NCBI GenBank assembly: GCA_963833985.1
Contig: CAWIAD010000001.1
Span: 128,001 to 192,000 of the forward strand
Source: an uncultured Planctomycetaceae bacterium
GTDB lineage: Bacteria; Planctomycetota; Planctomycetia; Isosphaerales; Isosphaeraceae
Reading direction: 5' to 3'
Length of the DNA stretch: 64,000 bases
Shown piece after piece: positions 1 through 10,516 of the stretch (position 1 is the first letter of the stretch; each line of letters begins with the position of its first letter). Below the pieces are notes generated by a model. It was not told where the DNA came from and ran no database searches. It saw only the letters and a list, made by a program, of their open reading frames with translations. A program made the position numbers and the translations under genes.

Positions 1-2905
1 TTCTCCGGAGTCTTGCTCGAGAGATCAATGGCCCGGCCGAGCACCGCCCCCGCCTGGTCGTATTGCTTCTTGCTGAGGTCGATATAGGAGCGGGTGACGA
101 CCGCGGCTGCGTTTGCGGGGTTGAGCTTCAACACGTAGTCGAGCTGCGCCCCGGCCGCGGCCTCTTCGTTCTGCTGGCGATAGAGGTTCGCTCCCCGGAC
201 CCGCTCGTCGTTGCTGGGCGGGTTCTGGCGATCGTTGAGGATGGCCGCGAGCTCGCGGCGGGCATAGGGCCACTGGCGCTTGGCCACGTATGCCGTGACG
301 AGCTGCCAGCGGTCGGCGTGGCTGAGCTTGCCGTTCTGGCTGTTTCTCTTCAGCTCCTCGAAGCGGCGGATGGCATCGTCCAGCTTGCCGGACTGGAGCT
401 CCAGGTTGGCCAGGGCCGACTGGGCCGCTGACATGAGCGTGACGCCGGAATCGATCTCCTTGCTGGGCCGGTTCTTGACAAGGTCTTCCAGGGCCCGCGT
501 CGCCTGCGAGAGCGAACCGGTCTGGCTGTCGAGCTGGGCCTTCCAGAACTGGACAACCTTGTTCTCCGGGTCTTTCTTGAGGGCCTCGTTGAAGTGCTCC
601 AGGGCAGCCGCGACGTTTTTCCGCTTGAGTGCAAGCTGTCCATCGAGAATGTCGCCGGTGGCGGCCTCGGCCCAGCGCTTGCGAATCCTGGCGATGGTCT
701 CGGCGGCCGCGTCCACGTTGTTCTGCTGCAAGTCGATCTGGACGACCTGGACCAGCGGAGAGGAGTTGTCGCAGCGTTCCGCAAGCGCCAGCAGCAGCGT
801 GCGGGCTTCGGCCGGGCGGTTCAGCGATTCGGCGAGGATCTGGCGGCGCATCAGCGCCAGGGTGACGTTGTCCGGGTCGCCGGCGAGGTACGCCGCCAGC
901 AACTGGTTGGCTTCCTCGGGCTTGCCGTCCTTGTTGTGCATTGCGGCGTCCAGCCCGGCGAGGCTCGGGCGAACGGGGGTAGTGCGCCCGCGCCTTGCGC
1001 AGCAGCCGGCGTGCTTCGGCGGGCTTACCCATCTCTTCCTGGATGAGGACCGCGAGGTTCTCGGCACCCGGTCCGCCCTGCCCGCTGCGCGCAGCCGGTC
1101 GAGCCGCGCCAGGGCGTTGGCGTGGTGGCCCATCTGCACATCGATCTGGGCCTGCCGCAGCGCCACGGTTGCCGTGCCCGGTCCCCCGTGTTCCAGGGCT
1201 GCGGCCTTCTGGAACTCCTGGGCCGCGCGTTCGAGGTCGCCGGAGGCATGGCGTGCCTGGTAGAGCTCGCCGCTGATCTGGTGCAGCGTTCCCTTCAGCT
1301 CAGGGGGAATGGTGCCGTCGGCAAGCTGACGATAGAGGGAATCGACGATCGGCACGGCCTCCTCGGGATAGCCGGCCTGGAGGATGGTCCAGGCCGCCCA
1401 GAACTGGTACTGGGGTTCCAGGTTACCCAGACGGAGAGCGTTCTGGAGGTATTGCCGGCCCAGCGTCTGTTCCTGGCTGAGCACGAGCGCCACGCCGTAG
1501 CCGCCTGGGCTTCGGCCAGTGTGGGAAGCTGGCTGGCGGCCACCTTCAGGTGGTTCAGAGCGCTGGCGCGAAGCCTGGGCTGGGGGGCTGGCGCGGTCGA
1601 TGGCTGGTTCTTGTTCGCCAGGGGCGCCGCGGAGCGCACCAGGCCGGACTGCTCCAGCTCGATCGCCCCCTGGAACAGATGCCCGAGCCCCTGGAACCTC
1701 GGCTCCGAGGCGCCCAGAAGCGCCTGGACGTGCGGCTCGGCCTTCTTGTACTTGTCCTCGTCTTCGGTCTTTGCCAGTGCCATCTCCACGGCCACGGCGT
1801 GCAGACCCATCACCGGGACGGTGTTACTGGCCTTGCCCAGATCGGGCTGCTGGAGCGCGCGGGCGATGACTTCCAGGCAGCGGTCACGCTGCTGCCGGAA
1901 GCGGAGATGGTCGGCATAGGTGAGGTAAATCTGAAGGTCAGGTTTCTGGCTGGTGCTCAATGCCTTCTGGAAGATGTCCTCGAGCACGATCTCGATGGCG
2001 TCCGCCTGGCGGTTGACCATGCCGGCCTGGCCGTCCTTCAGCTTCGCCTTGCGCTGGAGCAGAGCACGCTGGCTCAGCTCCAGAAGCTGGCTCAGCCGGC
2101 TCACCCGGCCCGCGGCCAGTTCCGGCTCGGAAGCCATCTGCTTGACGTGTTCCAGCAGGCTGCCGACCTGGCTTTCAAGGGCTCCGAGCTCCGCCTGCTT
2201 CTGGATGGTGATCGCCTCCATCCGCACCCGGGCCATGCGGTCGACCGGACCGGCGTCCGCGGGCAGGACGATGGCACGCCCCTCGGCGAAGGCGGCGTCG
2301 CGGGCGGCGTCGTCGCCGGTCGCGATGGCCAGCCTGGCACGGACCACGCACCGCCGGATGGCCGGGGCGTTCTTCTCCTCCAGCACCTTGAGATGCCGTT
2401 TCACCTCGGGGACGTTCGGAGAGCGTGAATCCAGCTCGTCAAGGGCCAGTATGAAATGGGCCTCGACGTTCTCGGCATCGACCTTGAGCACCTCGGTCGC
2501 CCAGGCGGCCGCGTCCTGGTCGCTGTCCTGATTCATGGCGAGCTCGAGCAATTGCACGCGGGGAGCCGGCGTGCTCTTGTCGAACTTCACGGCCTTCATC
2601 AGGTGATCGATCCGTTCCTGCCGCAAGGCGTCGCGGCGCTCCGCCGGTGCGGAGTTGGCCCAGTCGCGGTAAAGGTTGGCGAACTCCTCATGGATCGCCG
2701 CGCTCCGGGCGTCGTACTGGAGCGCCTGCTTGAAGTAGATCTCGGCGTCGTCACAGCGGCCCGCGGCTGCCGCGGCCCGCGCCTGCTTGAGCACTCCCTG
2801 GGCCGACTTCGGAACCAGCGACCAGGCCATGGCGATCACACCGACCACCGCGACCACGGAGAAGACTCCTGAAAGGATGAGCAGTGGCTTCCAGCGTACG
2901 GTCAT
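1..2905 (-). CDS. Large membrane-anchored tetratricopeptide-repeat protein; 3' end lies outside the window; several frameshifts (~1500, ~1080, ~960)
   Basis: ORF 1295-2905 has an N-terminal TM segment and TPR-like helices. TPR-like text continues in other frames (YGVALVLSQEQTLGRQYLQNAL..., MGKPAEARRLLRKAR...). Confidence 0.8.
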
Positions 2906-3417
2906 CGGGCACTACTCCTTCGGCTCGAGCTGCCGTTCCGTGCGCCAGGGCGTCCCCGCACCGGCCGGCCATCCCGGCCTGCCCGCGGACCACCAGCGCT
3001 CGGTGTTGCCAGTCGCGAGAGATTCTCGAAAACAGTGAGCGCGAACACATCTTGATCGGTGCAGATTGACCGGCAGGGGAAATATCGGCTCAGGCGAGCG
3101 AGCGGAGGTGTGTGGACAGAGGGGCAACGCCATTTGCCCTGATACCTCATCGAGGTCGCATTCCATTGCCGTCAAGTCCCAGAATCCGGCGCTTGTTACG
3201 ATAGAGATTCCCGGGCTGGACATCAAGCACAGTATTCTCGTGAAAAAGGGCCGGCCGGAAGGCGTGCACCCGAAGGGCCCCATGGCTGGATGCATAGACC
3301 TGCCGCCCGGGAAAGCTGTTTCCGCCACACTTTTTTCGACGGCCTGGCGGAATTCGGGAATAACGGCCCTGGCAGACGCACCATGGGGCAGATCGCCTGG
3401 TTTGGGGAGATGCGACG

Positions 3418-4866
3418 ATGGCCGGAGTGCTCACAGGACGTGCCTTGACCTCGGAGCTGAGCTGTCTTTTCGGCCAGGGAGTTTGTGGTGACCTGGCGGA
3501 CGGGAAGCTTCTTGAGCGCTTTCTCGCCGGCCATCCCGCGGAGGCCGAGGCAGCGTTCACGGCGCTGGTGCATCGCCATGGCCCCATGGTTCTGGACGTT
3601 TGCCGGCAGGCCCTCGATGACCCGCATGACGCACAGGATGCCTTTCAGGCCACATTTCTGGTCCTGTTGCGGCGTGCCGGGTCGATCCGTAAGCGAGATT
3701 CGCTTGCGAGCTGGCTGTTCGGGGTTGCCATGCGGCAGGCCGTCCGGTCACGCCAGGCCAGATGCCGGCGGGGGTTCCACGAGCGGCAGGGAGGCCAGAT
3801 CGCGGCCCGCCGCGCGAACGACGGACCGTGCTCCGCGGAGCAACGGGAGGCCCTCAGGGAACAGATCGCCCGGCTTCCCCGCCGCTACCAGGAGGCCGTG
3901 GTGCTCTGCCACCTGGAGGGCCTGTCGGTCGCGGCAGCCGCCAGGCGCCTGGGATGCGCCGAAGGGACGGTGCTCTCACGCCTTGCCCGGGGCCGCGATC
4001 GCCTGCGGCAGCGTCTGCTCGCACGCGGCCTGGCCGTGCCGGCGGGGCTGATGGGCCAACCCTTTGCTTACCAGGGCGCTCCGCTGGCCTTGCGGCCCGC
4101 GCTGGTGACTGCCACGGTCCGTGCCGCCCTGGCCACCTTCACGTCCTCTGGACCGTCCGGATTGCCGGCCATTGCCGCGATCAATCCATTCATCCGGTGC
4201 AGCACAAGGAGCCTGCTCATGATCCGCCTTTCATTCGCATGTGTGCTTGCGGCCGCGGCCACCGCTGTGGCGACGGTCGGGGTGCCCCCGGCGCTCCAGT
4301 CCGCGGGTGCTGGCGCGCCCGCGTCATCCCCGAGCCAGCAGCCGGGGTCGAGCCAGCAGCCGGACAAATCAGACGCCGACACCGGCCGGAATGCGACACT
4401 CCGCCGCCGGCACGACCTGAGCCTCTTCCAGGGCACCTGGTACCGGGTCTCCTCGGAAATTGATGGCCGCAAGGTTTTCCCGGACCCCAACGCGCCGATT
4501 CCGCCGAAGTCCACTGCCCTCAAGGTCGTCTTCACGGCCGACGGCTGGTACCAGGATCGCCCGGACGGCAAGGGCCTGGTGAAGAACCATGTCATCAAGC
4601 TCGACCCGACCCGGCAGCCGAAGACCATCGATCTGTACCTTCTGGACGAGAACGGCAAAATCTCGAATGTCCCGCCGATCCCCGGAATCTACAAGATCGA
4701 GGATGACTTGCTGACGCTGTGTTTGTGTATCGGCGGCCGTCCGGAAGATCGGCCCAGGGAATTCGCGTCGAAACCCGGTCCACGGTCGCCCTGGCTCGAC
4801 GTCTACCGGCGAGACCGGCCATCAAAGTCCACCGAGACTGCCCCAACAGCCGGGGCAGGACGCTGA
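3418..4866 (+). CDS. ECF sigma-70 factor with TM segment and C-terminal TIGR03067-like domain
   Basis: DGKLLERF...AFTALVHRHGPMV...DAFQATFLVL (region 2); LCHLEGLS...GTVLSRLARGR (region 4); FQGTW...KLDPTRQPKTIDL...GIYKIEDDLLTLC. Confidence 0.9.
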   Translation: MAGVLTGRALTSELSCLFGQGVCGDLADGKLLERFLAGHPAEAEAAFTALVHRHGPMVLDVCRQALDDPHDAQDAFQATFLVLLRRAGSIRKRDSLASWLFGVAMRQAVRSRQARCRRGFHERQGGQIAARRANDGPCSAEQREALREQIARLPRRYQEAVVLCHLEGLSVAAAARRLGCAEGTVLSRLARGRDRLRQRLLARGLAVPAGLMGQPFAYQGAPLALRPALVTATVRAALATFTSSGPSGLPAIAAINPFIRCSTRSLLMIRLSFACVLAAAATAVATVGVPPALQSAGAGAPASSPSQQPGSSQQPDKSDADTGRNATLRRRHDLSLFQGTWYRVSSEIDGRKVFPDPNAPIPPKSTALKVVFTADGWYQDRPDGKGLVKNHVIKLDPTRQPKTIDLYLLDENGKISNVPPIPGIYKIEDDLLTLCLCIGGRPEDRPREFASKPGPRSPWLDVYRRDRPSKSTETAPTAGAGR

Positions 4867-5005
4867 TGACCGAGATGGAGAGGTGAAAAGACAGGCGCTG
4901 GAATGGTCGCGGAATGGTGCCGGTTACCTTTTTTCAAGGGAACCGGCCGTCTGGCCGATGGGAATGAGAGAACGCAGGAGGATCCTGTTCAAGGAGGATG
5001 TCACA

Positions 5006-5308
5006 GTGAGCGCGCCTGAAAGCCCACTTTCGATTGAGATGATTCGCTGGTCGTTCGTGGTCAGCCCGGAGCACCGGGTTCAGATCGAGACCCACCTGCT
5101 CGAGCTCGGACTGGAGATCCAGTGCCGCGGAGACGATATGCTGGTGGTGACCTGGGACGAGCCCGAGGACACCCTCGAGCCTCTGATCGAGGAGCTCTGG
5201 GCAATCAACGGCGAGCCCTTCGAGATCACGCACGAGGAGTTCCACCGCATTAACCTGCTGGTCTATCACCCGGAGGAGCCGGCAGAGGTCGATAGCCAGG
5301 CGGCGTGA
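5006..5308 (+). CDS. Small acidic hypothetical protein
   Basis: AAGGAGG RBS at 4991-4997 before a GTG start; protein-like composition. Confidence 0.65.
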   Translation: MSAPESPLSIEMIRWSFVVSPEHRVQIETHLLELGLEIQCRGDDMLVVTWDEPEDTLEPLIEELWAINGEPFEITHEEFHRINLLVYHPEEPAEVDSQAA

Positions 5309-5366
5309 AGCCGGAGGGTGCCGATGCCGTGGACTGACGGCCGCGGGCGGCAAAGACGGAACGCGC

Positions 5367-6783
5367 TCAGGCCGCGGAGAACACCGGGATGATGGGTTCG
5401 CCCGTGCAGAGCCGCACGGGGCGATCGAGACGATCGTGAAGCTCCGTGGCGGGATCGATGCCCAGGCTGTGGTAGATCGTCGCGGCGAGGTCCGCCGGCG
5501 CATAAGGCCGGCTGGCGGGATAGGCGCCGATCCTGTCGGAACGGCCGATGACCTGGCCGCCCTGGACGCCGCCGCCGGCGAGTGCCGCCGAGAAGACGGC
5601 GGCCCAGTGGTCGCGACCGTCCCGGGTGTTGTTGTTGCCGGTGCTGGCACCGATGCGCGGGGTCCGGCCGAACTCTCCGGTCACGACGACCAGCGTCTCG
5701 TCGAGCAACCCCCTGCTCTTCAGGTCGTCGAGCAGCGCTGCGATGCCACGGTCGGTGGGCGGCAAGAGCCGCTCCTTGAGCGACTTGAAATTCCCTGAAT
5801 GGGTATCCCAGGTCTGCACGCGACCCATGTTGACCTGCACGATTGGCACCCCGGCTTCCACCAGCCGCCGGGCCAGCAGCAGCGACTGCCCGAACATGTG
5901 CCGCCCATAGCGCTCGCGGAGCCGGGGATCTTCACGGTCCAGCTCGAATGCCGCCGACACCTTCCCCGAGAGCAACAGCGACATGGCGCGCTGGCGCTGT
6001 TCGTTGAGCGCGTCGCTGCCAGCCGAAGACCGTCCGTCGGTCGACGGGTTCTGAGCCTGGAGCCGGTCCAGCAGCGCCTGGCGGCGTGTGAGCCTGGCCG
6101 GTGTGAAGCCGCTGGGCAACGCGAGACTGTCCACCCGGAAGCCCGGCTTGCTCGGGTCCTGGCGGATTTGCCAGGGGTCGTGACGGGGGCCGAGGAAGCC
6201 CGCATGCTGCCCGGGCCAGACCAGCGGACCTTCCATCAAGAAGGTGGGCAGAGTCACGCCGCTGGGTATGCCATCGGATCGGGGACGGATGGCGTCCAAC
6301 CCCGAGGCATAACAAGGGTAGTCGTCGCGTGACGCGGACTTGTCGAAGAAGGCGCAGGCTGGGGATGGCCCGTCAAGATCTCGTGTGTGGCGTTCAGGTG
6401 GTTGGTATAGGAATGGGAGAGCGAGCGGACGATCGCCAGCAGATCCGCTCGGGCCGCCAGCTCCGGCAGATGCTCACAGAGATGAATTCCCGAGACCCGG
6501 CTGGCGATCGGTCGGAACTCGCCGCGAATCCCCTCCGGCGCGTCCGGTTTCATGTCCAGGGAATCGAGATGGCTCAGCCCCCCGGTCAGGAAGACCAGGA
6601 TCATTGACCGTGCCTGCGGCCTGGCCCCGACCACTTTCCTGCCGGGAACCGTCTTGCGGGCCTCGCTGCTGACGCCTGCCCCGCGAAGAGTTCGGCCAGA
6701 CCGAACCCCAGAAAGCCGGAGAAGCCCACCTGGAGGAACTGACGGCGCAGCATGCCCGTGCCGTTCGGCTGGCTGGAGACCAT
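5367..6783 (-). CDS. DUF1501 family protein (Tat-like signal); two frameshifts
   Basis: RRQFLQVG, ILVFLTGGLSHLDSLDMKPDAP, WDTH, GEFGRTP and GRDHW spread over ORFs 6601-7281, 6254-6634 and 5367-6299. Confidence 0.9.
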
Positions 6784-7212
6784 CGAATGACCTCGAAGAC
6801 GACCGGTCGCTTGCAATGAAGGACTGTGCTCAACAAAAGTTGATCCTAGTCCACGGCGCGGTCTGGAATCAACGGGCATCGTCCCAGGACGTCGTACGGC
6901 GTCTACGGTTCGGCGCACGCAAGGCCCTGCCAGCCGGTGGGTTGCGCTACGCTGACCCACCCTGCGGTCGGCGCGCCGTGCCCATTTTGGGACGATGCCA
7001 AACAACGCTAAGAACACCGGTCGCCAGGCACGCTGGCCCCTTGTCACAGGGCTTGACCTTCTGCTCAGATAGAGTTCGATGCTGAGGCAAGCGGTCTCTG
7101 CGCTGACCGGATCGGCGTTCCTTCCCCTCTCGGGGCGCTGATTCCAAAAGCTGCCTGCGACGCGGGAGTCTCTGGCGGCTGGCTCCGGGAATCCGACCCA
7201 AGGGCAGCACTC

Positions 7213-7677
7213 ATGCCAACGCCCACACTCGACCCCACCGGCCCCGAGGAGCTCGCAAGGCAAGCTCTCGCGGTGATCCATAGCGACCGACTTCCTTACC
7301 TGGCAACCGTGGAGGGCGACCAGCCGCGCTTGCGGCCCGTTTCACCGGTCCGCATCGACGGATTCACGGTTTACATTGCCAACCTGCGCTGTCACGGCAA
7401 GACGGCTGAGATCGAGGCCAATCCACGCGTCGAGCTCTGCTACCTGGACGGTCATCATGACCAGGTGCGCATCACGGGCACGGCGGAAGTCGTGACGGAC
7501 CCGGCCATCAAACGGCGGGTCTGGGACGCGAACCCCCAGATCCGCCGCCACGTGAGCGGGCCGGACAGCCCGGATTTCATCCTCTACCGCGTGGTTCCAG
7601 CTCGTGTCCGGTTCATGAAGGATTGGGCCCTGACTTACCGGGAGGTGCCGCTGGCGCAGGCGGGGAAGGAGGAGTGA
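7213..7677 (+). CDS. Pyridoxamine 5'-phosphate oxidase-like FMN-binding (general stress) protein
   Basis: YLATVEGDQPRLRPV, KTAEIEANPRVELCY, QVRITGTA. Confidence 0.85.
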   Translation: MPTPTLDPTGPEELARQALAVIHSDRLPYLATVEGDQPRLRPVSPVRIDGFTVYIANLRCHGKTAEIEANPRVELCYLDGHHDQVRITGTAEVVTDPAIKRRVWDANPQIRRHVSGPDSPDFILYRVVPARVRFMKDWALTYREVPLAQAGKEE

Positions 7678-7713
7678 GTCTCCAGGCTCGATTCACCCTG
7701 GCCTGAGAGCCGG

Positions 7714-9129
7714 TCACTCCTCGGCCGGCTTACCGGACTGGAACCCAAGCCGCGGCTGGAAGCCGAGCAAGCTGCGGGTGAGATCGCCACCGCGCAGGAC
7801 CAGCTCGTTCAGGGCCTCGTCGAGCACGCGATCGTCGATGCGAATCTCCGCACCGTCGGAGCACGCGAAGAGCGCTGCTTTGCGGAAGAGCTCGCGGATG
7901 AAGGCCGGGCTGCTCCCCTCGGTACGCTTGATGAACCGCTCCGTGTTCGCCAGCTCGAGCGAAAGCCCTGCGCCGTAGAGCTGGAAGAGCCGTCGCCGGC
8001 CTTCCTCGTCGGGCATGGGAATCTCCACGGCCATGTCCACTCGTCCTGGCCGTGATGAAAGTGCCGGCTCCAGCAGCTCCGGCCGGTTGGTGGTCAGAAG
8101 AAAAATCACATCCACATCGTCGGCCAGGCCGTCCATCTCATTGAGCAGCTCGAAGAGCACCGGCCCGGCCTGACCGCGCCCGCCCTTGGTGCGCTCCTCG
8201 GCGATCAGGTCGACGTCCTCGAGGATGACGATGGAGGGTTCGAGCATGCGCGCCAGCTCACAGGTCCGTGTGACCAGACCCAGCCCCTTGCCCGTGAGCA
8301 GCAGCGTGGTGTGGTCTTCCATCACCCCCGAGAGGTACATCGCGGTCAGCGTCTTGCCGGTTCCGGGAGGGCCGTGCAGCAGGATGCCTCGTTTCAGGTG
8401 CCGTCCCGCGGCCAGCAGCCGGTCGCGGCTTCGGCTGAAGCCGATGGTCTGGGCCTCGATCCGCTCGAGGATCCCCAGCGGCAGGATGATGCGCCCGCGC
8501 TGGACCTTCGGCAGGCTGTGAAACTGGATCTGGGTGGAATCCCAGCCCCGCTGGCTGACCGAGACCACGCGGCCGCGGTAGACGTTGCGCTGGCGCATCG
8601 CCTGGCGAAGCTGGCTCATGAAGTGCTCGGCCTCGGAACGGTCGGAGGCCATGATCTCGACCTTGATGAACTGCTCTCCGGGATGCTCGACCGGCGAAAT
8701 AAAGAGCGCCAGCCTGGTTCCCCGCAGCTCGGCCAGGAAGATCGCCCGGACGATGCAGACGACCACTTCGTCGGCGTGCAGCACGACGCTCTTGAACTCG
8801 ACGGGCGCGATCCCGAGGCCGCCCTCCTGCTTGCCTGGCGGCATCACCAGCTCGGAGAGCGTCATTTCACGAAACCGGAATCCATCCGATCGGACGCCGA
8901 ACACTTCGAGTTGCACTCCATCGGCATTGAGCAGGTCTTCGAGCGCCAGGTGAACGTTGGGATGATCGTGCTGCTCGAAGTTCTGGCTGACGATCGTGAG
9001 CGTTCTGGGGTTGGCGTCGAAGTGGGCCTCGAACCGGCGGAAGAGCGGGACGTCCCCCGTCGTGGCTTTCGGCGGGGCCGCCGCCGGCGTGCGCAGCAGT
9101 TCACGAAAGCGGGTGCTCAGCGAGCTCAT
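7714..9129 (-). CDS. AAA+ ATPase (single classic AAA domain, long N-terminal domain)
   Basis: RGILLHGPPGTGKT (Walker A), IVILEDVD (Walker B), TTNRPELLEPALSSRPGRVD (second region of homology). Confidence 0.9.
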   Translation of the reverse strand: MSSLSTRFRELLRTPAAAPPKATTGDVPLFRRFEAHFDANPRTLTIVSQNFEQHDHPNVHLALEDLLNADGVQLEVFGVRSDGFRFREMTLSELVMPPGKQEGGLGIAPVEFKSVVLHADEVVVCIVRAIFLAELRGTRLALFISPVEHPGEQFIKVEIMASDRSEAEHFMSQLRQAMRQRNVYRGRVVSVSQRGWDSTQIQFHSLPKVQRGRIILPLGILERIEAQTIGFSRSRDRLLAAGRHLKRGILLHGPPGTGKTLTAMYLSGVMEDHTTLLLTGKGLGLVTRTCELARMLEPSIVILEDVDLIAEERTKGGRGQAGPVLFELLNEMDGLADDVDVIFLLTTNRPELLEPALSSRPGRVDMAVEIPMPDEEGRRRLFQLYGAGLSLELANTERFIKRTEGSSPAFIRELFRKAALFACSDGAEIRIDDRVLDEALNELVLRGGDLTRSLLGFQPRLGFQSGKPAEE

Positions 9130-9356
9130 GAGATCGGCCTTCCGGTCCGGGGGCGGGTTGCGTACGGCCCGCGAAAGGTGACGGCAATTCCACGGCACCT
9201 CCAAAGTTTCGCGGCTCTGTCGCCCGGATACAACACCGCGTCCCCCGCGCGGCATACCGGCATCGCGGATTTGACCGGCAGTTGCCGGCGACTTAGGTAA
9301 CAGAAGAGGGACAAGCTTCGCGGCCTGACAGGCCAGCGGTACGTGGAGAGCCAGTC

Positions 9357-9924
9357 ATGAGGCTTTGTGCGAGAGCCGGGAATCGCCGCCGGGGCGTGGC
9401 CTCGGTGGAAATGGCGGTCTGCCTGCCGCTCATGCTCCTGGTGCTGACGGGGTTGTGGGAGGTCGGCCGGATCACCGAGGTGTCCGAGGTCATGTGGAAC
9501 TCCGCGCGAGGCCGCGCGGGACGCTTCGCTGGGAGAGGACAACCTTCAGGAGGTTGCCAGCAATTTGCTCCTTTACCTCCAGAGCGCCGAACCCACCGCC
9601 TTCGGTGCAGGCCACACGACCTCGATCATCTCGCCGGTGATCGCGCTCCCCTCGAATGCCACCGGATACACCTGCTGGGACAGCACCGCCAACCGCGAAC
9701 TCTTCACCATGAGCTTCACGGACATGACGCAGCCCAGCATCACCGACCCCACTCTGATGTCGCAGCTTGACGTCTACCAGATTGGAGTCTCGGCGCCCTA
9801 CAGCAGCGTCCGCCTGAGCCCGCTCTCGCAGGTGACCAGCATGACCCGGCTGTCGGTGAACGTGGTCTGGGCATCCATGCTCGATGCACCGTTTGAGATC
9901 ACGCCCTATCTCCCCGCGGAGTAG
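9357..9924 (+). CDS. tadE: TadE-like pseudopilin; frameshift at ~9508
   Basis: RRGVASVEMAVCLPLMLL prepilin motif; NSAR(E)AAR continues in the frame of ORF 9565-9924. Confidence 0.8.
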
Positions 9925-9954
9925 CGCATCGCCCCCCCCGGAGGAGAAAAGACC

Positions 9955-10404
9955 ATGGTTTTTCACAAGTGTCCCGCTCGCAAGCGCCGCGGCGCAACGG
10001 TGGTGGAAACCGCCGTGATTATTGGCCTGGTGGGCATGCTGCTCATGGGGGTCTTCGAGTACGCCCGGCTGCTGATGGACTGGAGCCTGCTGAACAATGC
10101 GGCCCGCGAGGGTTGCCGCTATGCCCTGGCGAACAATACCAGCAGCACCATCAGTGCGACGGTCCAGACGATCGTCAGCAACTACATGGCCGGAGAATCG
10201 AAGAATTTCAGCAACTTCACCGTCAGTGTCAGCGGCACACACTCGGGCGTTGCCACCCCGGTCAACAACCTGGGCCCCGGGGATCCGATCACGGTCACCG
10301 TGTCCGGAACGTACAAGTTTATGAACATTGTGCCTGGAGTGCACATGCCAGCGGCGCTGGTGCTCACCAGCGGCGTGACGATGCTCTGCGAAGGCGGGAC
10401 CTGA
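9955..10404 (+). CDS. tadE: TadE-like pseudopilin
   Basis: RRGATVVETA...LLNNAAREGCRYA. Confidence 0.9.
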   Translation: MVFHKCPARKRRGATVVETAVIIGLVGMLLMGVFEYARLLMDWSLLNNAAREGCRYALANNTSSTISATVQTIVSNYMAGESKNFSNFTVSVSGTHSGVATPVNNLGPGDPITVTVSGTYKFMNIVPGVHMPAALVLTSGVTMLCEGGT

Positions 10405-10516
10405 GGCCAGGATCAGAACGTCCCGTCGCGGTTGGCCGCGTTGAACCGTGGTAAACCTTCCGCCTTGCGCTGGCTACGAACCACTGCTCGAGAGTCCTCC
10501 CGGGAGATCCACACCC

